DNA from: Octopus sinensis
Lineage: Eukaryota
Assembly (NCBI RefSeq): GCF_006345805.1
Contig: NC_042999.1
Location: forward strand, 165,788,001 to 165,852,000
Length of the DNA stretch: 64,000 nt
Reading direction: 5' to 3'
This document shows, piece by piece, positions 1 to 11,531 of the stretch (position 1 is its first letter; every line of letters starts with the position of its first letter). The translations under genes and the position numbers were made by a program. Under the pieces are notes generated by a model. The model had not been told where the DNA came from. It was given only the letters and a program-made list of their open reading frames with translations, and ran no database searches.

Positions 1-1033
1 TAGGGACCCACTGCTTTTTTTTTTGCTTTTTTTTTTTTCAGTATAGGAGGCATCTCAGAGCATGAGATTGAGAATTATAGAAGCAGACTACACATACAGT
101 ACATATACACCTAAAAGTAATTTTCAGATCAACATTTTGAAAGTATGATTAAATACATTTTCAAACACCTCTGGTTTGTATTATTTTATCAGGAAATCAT
201 AATACAATATCCAAGTTCATATCCTTGTGAGACCTTTTACTAAATATAGTTTATATCATGTTGAAATACCTACCATTATGTAATTTATAAGTGTAATATT
301 TAAATTTATACGTTTTATACCATAATGAGATATTTAGTCTAATATATTTATTCCACCCGTGAGCAACATTTTACCAGCAGCAGACCATACTACCAGAGCC
401 TATAAGAGTGGGATTTGGCTGGTACACCAGTTTGGGGACCAGAGAAGGATGGAGGGCTCTTTGACTTTTTACTAGGAGCCACCCTTTAAAAAAAATTTAC
501 AGCCCACTTGAAATTTGAGAAGACTTCTTTGCCTACAAGAACTCAAAAGCAGTCTTGTTTCACCTTGCTGAATTTCTTCCAGAGGACATGCATATCACTA
601 AAAGAATACTTTAACATACATAATGGATAGTACAGGGTACATTATTTATCTTACCCGAAAGAAAATCATAAACATTTTATGAAAAGAAAGCGTGAGTGAC
701 TGAGAGATAGACAGTAACAAAATATAATAGTCATACCTAAATATTATGCCTCTAAATTTTAGTAAAAATATAATTATGTAACCATCATATTATACATGTC
801 ATACAAAAGGTGAAAAAGACCACCTTGTAACCTTAGTGCGACAGGATACCAATGTTTGGTTTATACGATGGTCAGGAAACTACACCGGTATGGAATTAAT
901 ACACATCATAGCTTTAAATATTTGAAAATCAAATTCAATTTTTTCAAGGCTGCACCATTTCTGAGCCTTTCCAGGGCTAAACACACATACATAATCACAT
1001 GCACTAGCGTGTATACAGTAGATATATATGTAT

Positions 1034-1414
1034 AGGCACAGGAGTGGCTGTGTGGTAAGTAGCTTGCTAACCAACCACATGGCTCCGGGTTCAGTCCCAC
1101 TGCGTGGCATCTTGGGCAAGTGTCTTCTGCTATAGCCCTGGGCCGACCAATGCCTTGTGAGTGGATTTGGTAGACGGAAACTGAAAGAAGCCTGTTGTAC
1201 ATATGTATATATATATAAGTGTGTGTGTATATGTATGTGTGTCTGTGTTTGTCCCCCTAGCATTGCTTGACAACTGATGCTGGTATGTTTACGTCCCCGT
1301 CACTTAGCGGTTCGGCAAAAGAGACCGATAGAATAAGTCTCGGGGTCGAGTTGCTCAACTTAAGGCGGTGCTCCAGCATGGCCGCAGTCAAATGACTGAA
1401 ACAAGTAAAAGAGT
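1034..1414 (+). mobile_element. SINE family A (tRNA-derived, (GAGTAAAA)n tail), near full length
   Basis: A-box-like TGGCTGTGTGG and B-box-like GGTTCAGTCC, internal (TA)/(TG) tract, tail ...CAGCATGGCCGCAGTCAAATGACTGAAACAAGTAAAAGAG; about 20 similar copies in the window. May match a published octopus tRNA-SINE family (not verified). Confidence 0.9.
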
Positions 1415-2070
1415 ATATATGTACACACACACACACACACACACAATAAATGTACACATATATATGTGTGTGGATATAGGTGTGTCTTCGTGTGTAATCA
1501 AAATATGACTACTCCCATTAGATTAAAAAGAAGGGGAACTGCCAAAAGTATTCAAAAATTCAAAAATATAAAAATATCCTAAATAGTTTGAGAAAAAATA
1601 GATTCTGTAGGAATGTCACAAGGACAGCATTTCCCGATCATGGTTCCATGAGAAGTTGCAAGGAATTCCAGGATAGATATGGATAAACTGGGGAATTAGA
1701 TGTATTCAGCTTTATGTTTGTTTTTTGTTTTTGGTAATTTTTGTATTCACTTTTATATTTGTAGTTTTATTACACGTGTGTCACATATTCTTTTAAGAGG
1801 AAAAATCTTGGCATTTATATTTAGTAAGGAGAATCTTGAGGAAACAATTATGTCTTCATAGGCAATTGTATGAGAAATTGGTCTTAAAACAACATTTCTT
1901 CAGACATTTTTGTTTTGCAGTTTAATGACATAATCTCTTGAGGTATTTAAATCCTTTAAATCCATCATCACTGCAGGGTATCAGAAAGCACGAGAAAGCC
2001 ACATGAGTGATTCTCCCTGAATCAAGTATTTGCTTTGCTTCTTTTTAATGAAACATTACATATAAAAAAA

Positions 2071-2295
2071 ATAATAATAATCCTTTCTACTATAGGCACA
2101 AGACCTGAAATTTGGGGGGAGAGGAGACAAGTCAATTACATCAACCCCAGTCTTTCACTGGTACTTAATTTATTGACCCTGAAAGGATGAAAGGCAAAGT
2201 CAACCTCAATGGAATTTGAACTTAGAACATAAAGACAGGTGAAATGCCACTAAGCACCTTGCCCAGCATTCTAACGATTCTGCTGGCTTGCTGCT
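2071..2295 (-). mobile_element. SINE family B (tRNA head, Deu/Nin-like central motif, (TTA)n tail)
   Basis: Minus strand: GCAGAATCGTTAG head, GTTCAAATTCC B box, TTGCCTTTCATCCTTTCAGGGTCAATAAATTAAGTACCAG core, tail GTGCCTATAGTAGAAAGGATTATT; homologous copies near 29800, 34004, 53790, 57930, 60840. The Deu-domain resemblance is from memory. Confidence 0.8.
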
Positions 2296-2303
2296 GCGGC
2301 TGC

Positions 2304-2336
<33 letters not shown>

Positions 2337-2337
<1 letters not shown>

Positions 2338-3158
2338 CTAAACGCAAAAGAAATAGACAAAGAAAAATCCCAGCAATGGTTGAGAAGCTCAGGACTCAAA
2401 GCAGAAACAGAGGGATTTTTAATTGCAGCACAAGACCAAAGCCTCCCCACCAGAAATTACCAAAAACATGTAATGAAAAGAAATATTACAAGTAACTGCA
2501 GAATATGTGGAGATGGACAAGAAATAATAAATCATATTATCTCTAGCTGCCCAGTCCTGGCTAAGAAGGAATATATTCACAGACATGACAGAGTTGGAAC
2601 CTACATACATTGGAAGCTATGCCAACATTATGGAATAACAACAGAAAAAAGATGGTATAGGCACACACCAGAAAAGGTCACAGAAACGAGAAAGCAACAT
2701 ACTCTGGGATATGCCGATACACACAGATAGAGAAATTAAGGCCAACAGACCAGATATAGTTGTCAGAGATCACGAAGAAAAAAAATGCTTTTTAATTGAT
2801 GTATCAATACCGGCAGATGACAACGTGTCTCTAAAAGAAATGGAGAAACTCTCAAAATACAAAGACCTGGAAATAGAGGTAACTAGAATGTGAAATCTGA
2901 AAACAGAAACAATTCCTATCATAGTAGGTGCATTAGGCATGATAAAAAAATATTCAGACAAATACATAATAAAAACACCAGGACTTACAAACACATATAA
3001 CATACAGAAAATTGCACTACTAGGCACTGCACACATCCTACGCAGAACAGTTTCCATACAATAACTATCAGAGCATCACAACAAATCACAGCACATACCC
3101 AAGGCACACAGAGCTGCGCTCGGTAGTGAAGTGAAAGCACGCTATAAAAATAAAACTA

Positions 3159-3161
<3 letters not shown>
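2337..3161 (+). mobile_element. 5'-truncated R4/Dong-clade non-LTR retrotransposon (CCHC knuckle + restriction-like endonuclease), pseudogenised
   Basis: LKAETEGFLIAAQDQSL, CRICG..INHIISSC zinc knuckle, NRPDIVV..IDVS..K endonuclease, then IVGALG and KIALLGTAHILRR to stop at 3062-3064; frameshift near 2690 and TGA at 2891; (TAA)n on both sides. Confidence 0.88.
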
Positions 3162-3215
<54 letters not shown>

Positions 3216-3468
3216 CCCTGAAGTGGTTCTCTCCCCTTGAAAGGAATCTTCACTCTCACTTCTATTTCTTAGTAAACTCTCTCTCTCTCCCTCCCTTAAT
3301 CTAAAAGCAACTGTAGATGGCGGCTCCAACAGTCCCCAGTCGAAATTTCTCACGTGTGTATTAAAAATGATCTATTGTTCATCAATTATCTATATTGAGC
3401 ATTACATAACTATTAAAACGATTAACAAAAATTACAAAGAATAATTAAAAGTAAAAGTGACTGCAAGA

Positions 3469-4140
3469 TAGGCACAGGTATTGCTACCTGGTTAGAAGTT
3501 TACTTCCCAGTCCCATGACTCTAGGATTCACCCCAGTCCCATGGCATCTTTGGATAAGTGTCATCTGCTACAGCCCCGTGCCAACTAAAGCTTTGTGAGT
3601 AGATTTGGTTGATGGAAACTAAAAGAAGCTCATCACACACACACACACGTGTGCATTGATGTTTGTATTTGTAACCCATCTCCACCAATTGCCGACCAGT
3701 ATTTCCCATAACTTAGTGTTATAGCAAAAGAGACCAATAGAATAAATACCAGACTTTAAAAAAAAGTACTGGAGTCAATTTGTTTGACTAAGCCTTTCCA
3801 GTCCACACTCCAGCATGGCCACAGTTCAATGGAACTCCATTGATTATGACGACGAGGATTCCAGTTGATCTGATCAATGGAACAACCTGCTCGTGAAATT
3901 AACACCTGTACCCTTAATGTAGTTCTCAGGGAGATTCAGCATGAGACAGAGTGTGACAAGGCCAGACGCTTGAAATTACAGGTATACCTCATTTTTGCCA
4001 GTTGAGAGGACTGGAGTAACATGAATTAAAGTGTCTTGCTCAAGGACACAACACACTGCTAGGAAATGAACTCACAACCTTACACATCGTGAGCTGATTG
4101 CCTGACCACAATGCCAGTGACTGAAACAAGTAAAAGATAA
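3469..4140 (+). mobile_element. Old SINE A copy, split near its tail by a SINE C insertion
   Basis: Diverged SINE A body 3469-3828; tail GTGACTGAAACAAGTAAAAGA resumes at about 4116. Confidence 0.75.
3829..4115 (-). mobile_element. Degraded SINE family C copy nested in SINE A
   Basis: GACGACGAGGATTCCAGTTGATC..CCTGCTCGTGAAATTAA..GTAGTTCTC matches the copies at 39365 and 55253. Confidence 0.7.
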
Positions 4141-4199
4141 GTGATACTTTTGTCTTGTCTTCTAATGTAGTGAGGAATGATTACATCTTTAACTTTTAC

Positions 4200-4203
<4 letters not shown>

Positions 4204-4235
<32 letters not shown>

Positions 4236-4285
4236 GTTTAACGTCCGCTTTCCATGCTAGCATGGGTTGGACGGGCTAGCATGGG
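4204..4285 (-). mobile_element. Extreme 3' tail of the RTE LINE family
   Basis: Reverse complement of CCGTCCAACCCATGCTAGCATGGAAAGCGGACGTTAAACGA(TGA)n, matching the 3' end of the LINE at 17559. Confidence 0.85.
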
Positions 4286-4519
4286 AATAATTCAGATCGG
4301 TCCCACTCTGGTCATTCTACATTCTACAAATGTTCACAATCTAATAAAAATAATAAGGTTTAAAAACATAGTAAAAACTGAAAATATTGAAGAAGAATAA
4401 ACCTAGGCAAAAACTAAAGGAAAAGGTGCTTGTTTCTTGACATTTACTTGAGCAGAAATGAAAATAAAGCAGTTAAGCAGTTTATTGAAATAAATAGAAT
4501 ATGAACAGCTTTAGTTTAC

Positions 4520-4912
4520 TGACTTGTATCTTCTATCTTTTATTTACTTCAGTCATTAGACCGTGGCCATGCTGGGGCACTGCCTTTAAGAACTTTTCGG
4601 TGAAGGAGTCAACCTAGTACTTATTTTTTTAAAAGCTGGTACATATTCTATCTGACCCTTTTTGCTAAACTATTAAGTCATGAGGACATAAATAAACCAA
4701 CACTGGTTGTGGGGTGGTCGTGGGGGGGGACAAACACACACACACACACAATGGGCTTCTTTCAGTTTCTGTCTACCAAATCCACTCACAAGGTTTTGGT
4801 TGGCTCAAGGCTATAGTAGAAGGTACTTGCCTAAGCTGCTGCACAGTGGGACTGAACCCAGAACCTCGTGGTTGTGAAGCAGACTTCTTACCACACATCC
4901 ACACCTGTGCCT
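4520..4912 (-). mobile_element. SINE A, older copy
   Basis: Reverse complement of SINE A head and tail motifs. Confidence 0.75.
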
Positions 4913-5219
4913 ATATTGATGTTCGCTTTCTTGTTGCTCTTGAAAGGCAGAGGTTGTAGGAAAGTAAATTTAATTCCCTTTTTTTCTATTAATTTTGTTT
5001 TTGTAGGAACCCAATTCTTTACTTTAGTGTAAACTTATTTCTGTAAACTTTCAACTACCAAAAGAATTTTAGAAACTTATGGGCCATTTGAATTGTTTTC
5101 ATTCATGGTTGGTTAATAGCAAAGGATAAAAATTTGACCAGGTGAGTATGCTATAAACCTTGTCCTTCTATCAGGGTGGGGGATGGTGGAGTTAGTGTAT
5201 GATCCTATACCTATTCTTG

Positions 5220-5635
5220 AGAAAGAAGAGAGGCGAGAGAGGTGAAGAGAGAGAAAGAGAAAGAGAGAAAGGGGGAGAGAAGTGAAAGAGAGTGGAGGAG
5301 AGAGGTGAAGAGAGAGAGAGAGAAAGAGAAAGAGAGAAAGGGGAGAGAAGTGAAAGAGAGTGGAGGAGAGAGGTGAAGAGAGAGAGAGAAAGAGAGAAAG
5401 GGAAAGAGAGAAAGGGAAAGAGAGAAGTGAAAGAGAGTGGAGGAGAGAGGTGAAGAGAGAGAGAGAGAGAAAGAGAAAGAGAGAAAGAGAAAAAGAGAAA
5501 GAGAGAAAGGGGGAGAGAAGTGAAAGAGAGTGGAGGAGAGAGGTGAAGAGAGAGAGAGAAAGAGAGAAAGGGGGAGAGAAGTGAAAGAGAGTGGAGGAGA
5601 GAGGTGAAGAGAGAGAGAGAGAGAAAGAGAAAGAG

Positions 5636-5667
<32 letters not shown>

Positions 5668-5678
5668 AAGAGAAAGAG

Positions 5679-5775
<97 letters not shown>

Positions 5776-5829
5776 AGAGAGAAAAGAGAGAAAGGGGGAG
5801 AGAAGTGAAAGAGAGTGGAGGAGAAAGGT

Positions 5830-5860
<31 letters not shown>
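5220..5860. repeat. Compound polypurine (GA)n minisatellite
   Basis: Almost entirely G/A on the + strand; recurrent unit GGGGGAGAGAAGTGAAAGAGAGTGGAGGAGAGAGGTGAAGAGAGAG... among (GA)n runs. Confidence 0.95.
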
Positions 5861-5863
<3 letters not shown>

Positions 5864-6185
5864 CTAAAACCTAATGAATATCTTTTCTTTATTTTTAGCA
5901 AGCAAATCTTTTGACAGACTATTTGTGTATTTATCTAAACTTGTTTTCAAATGTACATTATGTTTATAAAAAAGTACATATACAAAAGGTTTTCATGTAC
6001 CCACAATGATATGAAAGTAATCTGGAAATATGTAGAGGTGAATAAAGGTAAGGCTAAAATGAAATATCCAGACAGAGCTCAAATAAGTCGTGATTAAAGA
6101 GGATTTCTGTCAGCATATAATCTTGTTCTCTGAGCTGACCTCACTCAGGGCATTGACTAAACCTTTTCCCCTAATAGTTTATGCA

Positions 6186-6595
6186 TAGGCGCAGGAGTGG
6201 CTGTGTGGTAAGTAGCTTGCTAACCAACCACATGGTTCCGGGTTCAGTCCCACTGCGTGGCATCTTGGGCAAGTGTCTTCTGCTATAGCCCCGGGCCGAC
6301 CAATGCCTTGTGAGTGGATTTGGTAGACAGAAACTGAAAGAAGCCTGTCGTATATATGTATATATATATATATGTGTGTGTTTGTGTGTATGTGTTTGTT
6401 CCCCTAGCATTGCTTGACAACCGATGCTGGTGTGTTTACGTCCCCGTCACTTAGCGGTTCGGCAAAAGAGACCGATAGAATAAGCACTGGGCTTACAAAG
6501 AATAAGTCCCGGGGTCGATTTGCTCGACTAAAGGCGGTGCTCCAGCATGGCCGCAGTCAAATGACTGAAACAAGTAAAAGGAGTAAAAAGAGAGT
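6186..6595 (+). mobile_element. SINE A, full length, young
   Basis: Complete head, body and GAGTAAAA tail. Confidence 0.9.
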
Positions 6596-6734
6596 AAAAT
6601 ATAAATATAGCTTACACAGCCCTGTTTCCGGTCTTGTCTGCACTTCCTGTTATGTTGGTACACTCCTTTGTTTTCCAGCTTTATTTTGTATTTTTTACTC
6701 TTTATTTAGAGCTGTTGTTTGAATTTTAAAATTT

Positions 6735-7312
6735 ACCTTTTACTTGTTTTAGTCGTTAGATTGCAGCCAAGCTGGGGCACTGTCTTGAAGAAATTGTAGT
6801 CAACTGAATCAACCCCAGTACTTATTCTCTTGTTAAGTTTGGTACTTATTTTATTGTTCTGTTTTGCCAAACTGTCAAGCAGTGTGGGGGGGGGGCACAA
6901 ACACAGACACAAAGACACACACACACACATATATATATAACTAAATTGTTTCTCCATTTTCTTATTTGTATTATAAATTAATGGTAAAATATTTCTTTAC
7001 CTTCACCTGTTTAATACAATAAATAAGTTAATTGCATTGCAATTAAAAACATTTATGTATTAAGAATTTGGGTACTTTACCAACAGAATATTGGATAAAT
7101 ACTATCCCTTAGTGGGTTGGATCCATAACCCCTAACTTACTTGGTATTATATATATATATATATATATAACAGGCTTCTTTCAGTTTCTGTCAACTAAAT
7201 CCACTCACAAGGCCTGAGGTTATAGAAGACACTTGCCCAAGGTGCCATGCAATGGGAGTGAACCCGGAACCATGTGGTTGGGAAGCAAGCTTCTTACCAC
7301 ACAGTCATGTCT
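6735..7312 (-). mobile_element. Two partial SINE A fragments (3' half 6735-6935; 5' half 7150-7312)
   Basis: Reverse-complement matches to the SINE A halves. Confidence 0.65.
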
Positions 7313-7321
7313 GGATCTATA

Positions 7322-7718
7322 TACTCTTTTTACTTGTTTCAGTCATTTAACTGCGGCTATGCTGGAGCACCACCTTTAATCGAGCAACTCGACCCCAGGA
7401 CTTATTCTTTGTAAGCCTAGTACTTATTCTATTGGTCTCTTTTGCCGAACTGCTAAGTAACGGGGACATGAACACACCAGCATCGGTTGTCAAGCGATGT
7501 TGGGAGGACAAACACAGACACACAAAAACACACACACACATATATATACATATACACGATAGGCTTCTTTCAGTTTCCGTCTACCAAATCCACTCACAAG
7601 GCTTTGGTTGGCCCAGGGCTATAGCAGAAGACACTTGCCCAAAGTGCCACGCAGTGGGACTGAACCCGGAACCATTTGGTTGGTAAGCAAGCTACTTACC
7701 ACACGGCCACTCCTGCAC
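7322..7718 (-). mobile_element. SINE A, full length
   Basis: Reverse complement of the copy at 6186. Confidence 0.9.
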
Positions 7719-7909
7719 CTATATATATATATATTTATGTTTATTTAGTAAGTTTGAGAAAGTTTTGTGTATATATCTGGTGTTGCTATTATATGAAAAT
7801 GTTTGTATTGTTACCCTCTTTTGCCCACTCATTTCAAAGATTAATTCTTATGTTCCCCTTTATTTGCTTCAGTTCTAATGGGTTTTTTACTTGTTTTATT
7901 TCTTTATGA

Positions 7910-8830
7910 AATATCTGACAGTCCACTGTGATGAATTTTGAAGAGGAAACATCCAGAAAGTTTTGCTGAAACTTGTAATGAATAATTTCAATCTTCTGGT
8001 AAATGTCTCAGTGTGAATGCAAAAATAGACACACACAAAAAAGATTCTTTCATACTCTGACAAGTATTTATCAATGGTTACTGAAATTATTGCACAGAAA
8101 TATCACACAGTTGGTGAGAACTTTTATAATGCTAGCATGTAAAATTATAATGTGTGAAATGCTGGGACAATATGCAGCATGATGAATTGAATTCCACTTT
8201 CAGACAATACAATAAGTTAAAGAATTAATGACCTCTCACATAATGCTGAACTAGATTTGTGTAATAAACTACAAAATTGGGAGACTTTTTTTTACTATCC
8301 ATGTTGGTGAGTCAACAGATCTTACCAATAAATGTAACACTGTAACTTTGATAAGATTTGTATAAAATTACAAATAAGTTTTCTGTTGCAAAGAATTGCA
8401 TAAGAGAAGCAAAGGAATAGATATCACTAATATTTTATCCTCGTATCTGGAAGCAAGAGGACTTTTTGACAGAGATAATAATAGTACCATTAGTGATTGG
8501 CTCTATAATTTATTTAAAGCTGCTGATTTTAAAATCTCTTGGAAATGAGTTGACAAACATTTTAACAGTCATCTTACTAAACAAAGTCCAATTTACCTCA
8601 AAATATTTTAAAAGCTAGTGCAGGACAAAGAGCACATAGATGAAAGAGCTACAGAAAACTGGTGAATGAGCAAAGGAAGAGTTCTAGATAAGATGTTTGA
8701 GCTGAAAGAGAATTGAAGAAGAATACTTTTTAAAAAACAGAATTTTCCAAATGCTCTGAAGATAAAAAATAGTTGCAGGAATTAATTTACTTTGCAAGCA
8801 TTTTTCCTCACATGAATCAGGTGATTCATC
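7910..8830 (+). pseudogene. Fossil hAT (Charlie/Buster-like) transposase
   Basis: Broken translation recovers IPLSDNTI, GESTDLTNKC, FCCKELHKRSKGIDITNILSSYL and W*MSKGRVLDKMFELKE, resembling Buster-type motifs (IPLSDNT, LDESTD, RWLSRGKVL); many stops and frameshifts. Confidence 0.7.
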
Positions 8831-9244
8831 TGTCTCTCATCCTCCATACTATAGTTTCTATAACCTACAAAATATTCACTAAAACCATTCAAACCAAAAC
8901 TACAACTCTCTGAATATTTTTTCTGACAGGATGAAGATTAGTCATATAGACCATTCCTATATGGTAACATCTCCAAAAGCTAAAGAACTGCTTATCCTTC
9001 TTGGACTAAAATGACAAGAAGAAAAAGAAGAAACCATTGCAGAAAGAAATACACATACAAACGATGGATATTGTTTGTCTGAGGACTAAAAGCTTTAGTG
9101 TGTTGGTGCTTAATGTCATATTTATTAGACAGGTAGCATTTTGTAATAATGGTTATGAACTTATGAACATCTCAGTACTCCAGAACAGGTATATTCATGT
9201 CTTATAATACAACATTTCTTAATTCTAGGGGCACACTTGAAATA

Positions 9245-9429
9245 TGTGCTGAAAAGTTCTTAGCCCAACCTTCCATATTCTTTTACAGAGCTTAGAAAAA
9301 CTGAAGGACCACTGCAATAAGTGTGTGAATCTGAGAGGGGAGTACATTGAATAAAATCATAATTAATTGATCCTCCTGTATTTTATCTTACCCCAAGCCA
9401 GGAACTTTTCAGCACCCCCCCCCCCCTTG
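9245..9429 (+). mobile_element. Internally deleted mariner element (MITE)
   Basis: Imperfect TIRs TGTGCTGAAAAGTTCTTAGC / GCCAGGAACTTTTCAGCACCC, TA flanks, and a mariner C-terminal remnant LKDHCNKCVNLRGEYIE*. Confidence 0.75.
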
Positions 9430-9947
9430 TAAATTCCATGTTGCAAGGAACTACTAAACAAAAATTATTATAAATCTTTATTAAACTCCTTAAAGATAAA
9501 TTTCACGAGGTAAACATTACACTGTTTTGATAATTAGTTAGGCAAAAGTGTTTAAGTTTTACTTAAATTTAACAACACAAAAAAAACCAAAAAAAAAACC
9601 AGAAAATCAAATTGATTGTTCAAGATAACTCACACAAGAAAAAAAAAAACTCTGTTTAAGACTGAAATATTTTCATGGATTTTAAGATGGGAAAACTAGT
9701 GTTTCTGATGTATTCTTGAATAACTGACAAATATATGATCAATTTGAAAGGTTATCAGGAAATTGCAAGGCTTAGCAATTGTTTTTCTGTAAGGAGTATG
9801 ACAATTTTAGTCATGTATTATTTGTAAGTAATAAGATAACGGTGTTCATTCTTTCATTTTTAACCCCTAAGCAGCAACAATGTGAAATAATATGCATGTG
9901 TATACACATCAGCCAGACCTTTCTTCTGCGAACACATGTATCGTATA

Positions 9948-10346
9948 CTAGCAGTGTCGCCCGGCGTTGCTCGGGTTTGTAAGGGAAATAACTATATAAA
10001 CATTTTTTTAGAGATGTAAAGTATAATAGCCATCTCAATATGGCTAACCACAAAGGGGGGGGGGTGTGTTACTGTAGCTTTTTACGTTGAGATTTAATAA
10101 TACATTTTTAGAGAGTTACTTCCCTTATATATGCCAAAAATGCATTAAAAATGGGGAAAATTGAAGGTAAATTTTTTTTAAATTGTAGACTCATCGTAGA
10201 TGCGCGCTAATACCCAGAAGGGCTCGATATGAATCACGACTATAAGATACCCAGTTTTGGTTAAACTGCACCGCAAAATGTGGAGTAGTTAGGAATCTAA
10301 ATCGTAGGAGACAGACAGTACACAACCTTACTTTTATATATAAAGA
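9948..10346 (-). mobile_element. Non-autonomous Helitron, copy 1
   Basis: On minus strand A^TCTTTATATATAAAAG 5' end, 3' hairpin CCCGAGCAACGCCGGG followed by CTAG^T; no TSD. Confidence 0.85.
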
Positions 10347-10618
10347 TAATCACTTGTATGTTACACAGGTCACAGAGACACACTTTGAATGCACACACTG
10401 TATAATAGACTCACTTGTATAGGCAGATGCATGCAATCTCACTTGTCTGAAGGCACATACTGTGCAGATTCATTTGTTGTACTCTGCATTTTTGTGAAAG
10501 TTAAGCTGGAAAGTAAGTTAATGTCGTTCCTTGTGGAAAGTCCTGACAGAAGACTACAAAAGACATTCTGTTATTGTTGCACATGTTCCGGTTTGCTAGT
10601 CTGCTGCCTAAGTCATAA

Positions 10619-10819
10619 CAACAGCAGCAGCTACTACTACTACTACTACTGCTACTGCTACTGCTACTACTACTACTACTACTACTACTACTGCTACTGC
10701 TACTGCTGCTACTGCTACTACTACTACTACTGCTACTACTACTACTACTGCTGCTGCTGCTACTGCTACTGCTGCTGCTGCGGCTGCTGCTACTACTACT
10801 ACTACTACTGCTGCTACTG

Positions 10820-10854
<35 letters not shown>

Positions 10855-10948
10855 ACTACTACTACTACTACTACTAATACTACTACTACTATTTGTACTC
10901 CTCCTCCTCCTCCTACTACTACTACTATTGCTGCTTCTACTACTACTA

Positions 10949-10980
<32 letters not shown>
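10619..10980. repeat. Mixed (CTA/CTG)n trinucleotide tract with a (CCT)n patch
   Basis: Directly visible. Confidence 0.95.
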
Positions 10981-10981
<1 letters not shown>

Positions 10982-11531
10982 TTCTGTAATCTATTTATTT
11001 AATAGTTGTAAGTAAAATTAAGTGTATAGAGTGGGTGCACCCCTGTGGCATGCTATCAATGCAGTCTTTTTATTGTGAGAGATTCACCACAGATTTATTT
11101 TCTCAGTACAGATGTGATTCTACTGGTTCTTCAGCACTTGTAATTTGCCCACAGTGCAAAATAGATTCCTCACCTTGGACAAAGGACAAGGATGGACATA
11201 TAAACAAACCATGGTCCCAATGTGCTTCACGGCATTCTTGTAGCTCCTGGATGATGCCACCCCACTGGCTAGGCAGGCAAGCCAGCTTTTCCTCCAAGAG
11301 GAATGCCAGTCTATTGCAGGATTCTCTGTTTACATTGAAGAACACAATTCCCTGCTGGTCTGGAAATTACAATGGAACACCATATAACCACTAGCAGACA
11401 TACCTTAATCAACAAGGCAAGCATATTCTGTACTGTGGAGTTGACAACTTTTGTGCCTGGTGTCTTTCCTCACTCTGTGTTCAGTGCTGTTCTTTGCCAA
11501 ATTTTGAGAAGAAAAAATATTGATTGACAAA

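Noticed and set aside
880-1457. Recurrent ORFs MLGGQTQTH..., MTTDAGVFT... and MYNRLLSV... (also at 6171, 24681, 45347, 52840, 56929)
   Set aside because: Translations of SINE A; they recur because the SINE does.
5007-5141. Exon-like segment with good acceptor and CAG|GTGAGT donor
   Set aside because: Stops in all three frames; at most a non-coding exon, with no other support.
5113-5914. Long Leu/Ser-rich and Glu/Arg-rich ORFs
   Set aside because: Artefacts of the stop-free (GA)n tract.
10389-10877. Tyr/Cys-rich 162-aa ORF
   Set aside because: Translation of the (CTA/CTG)n microsatellite.
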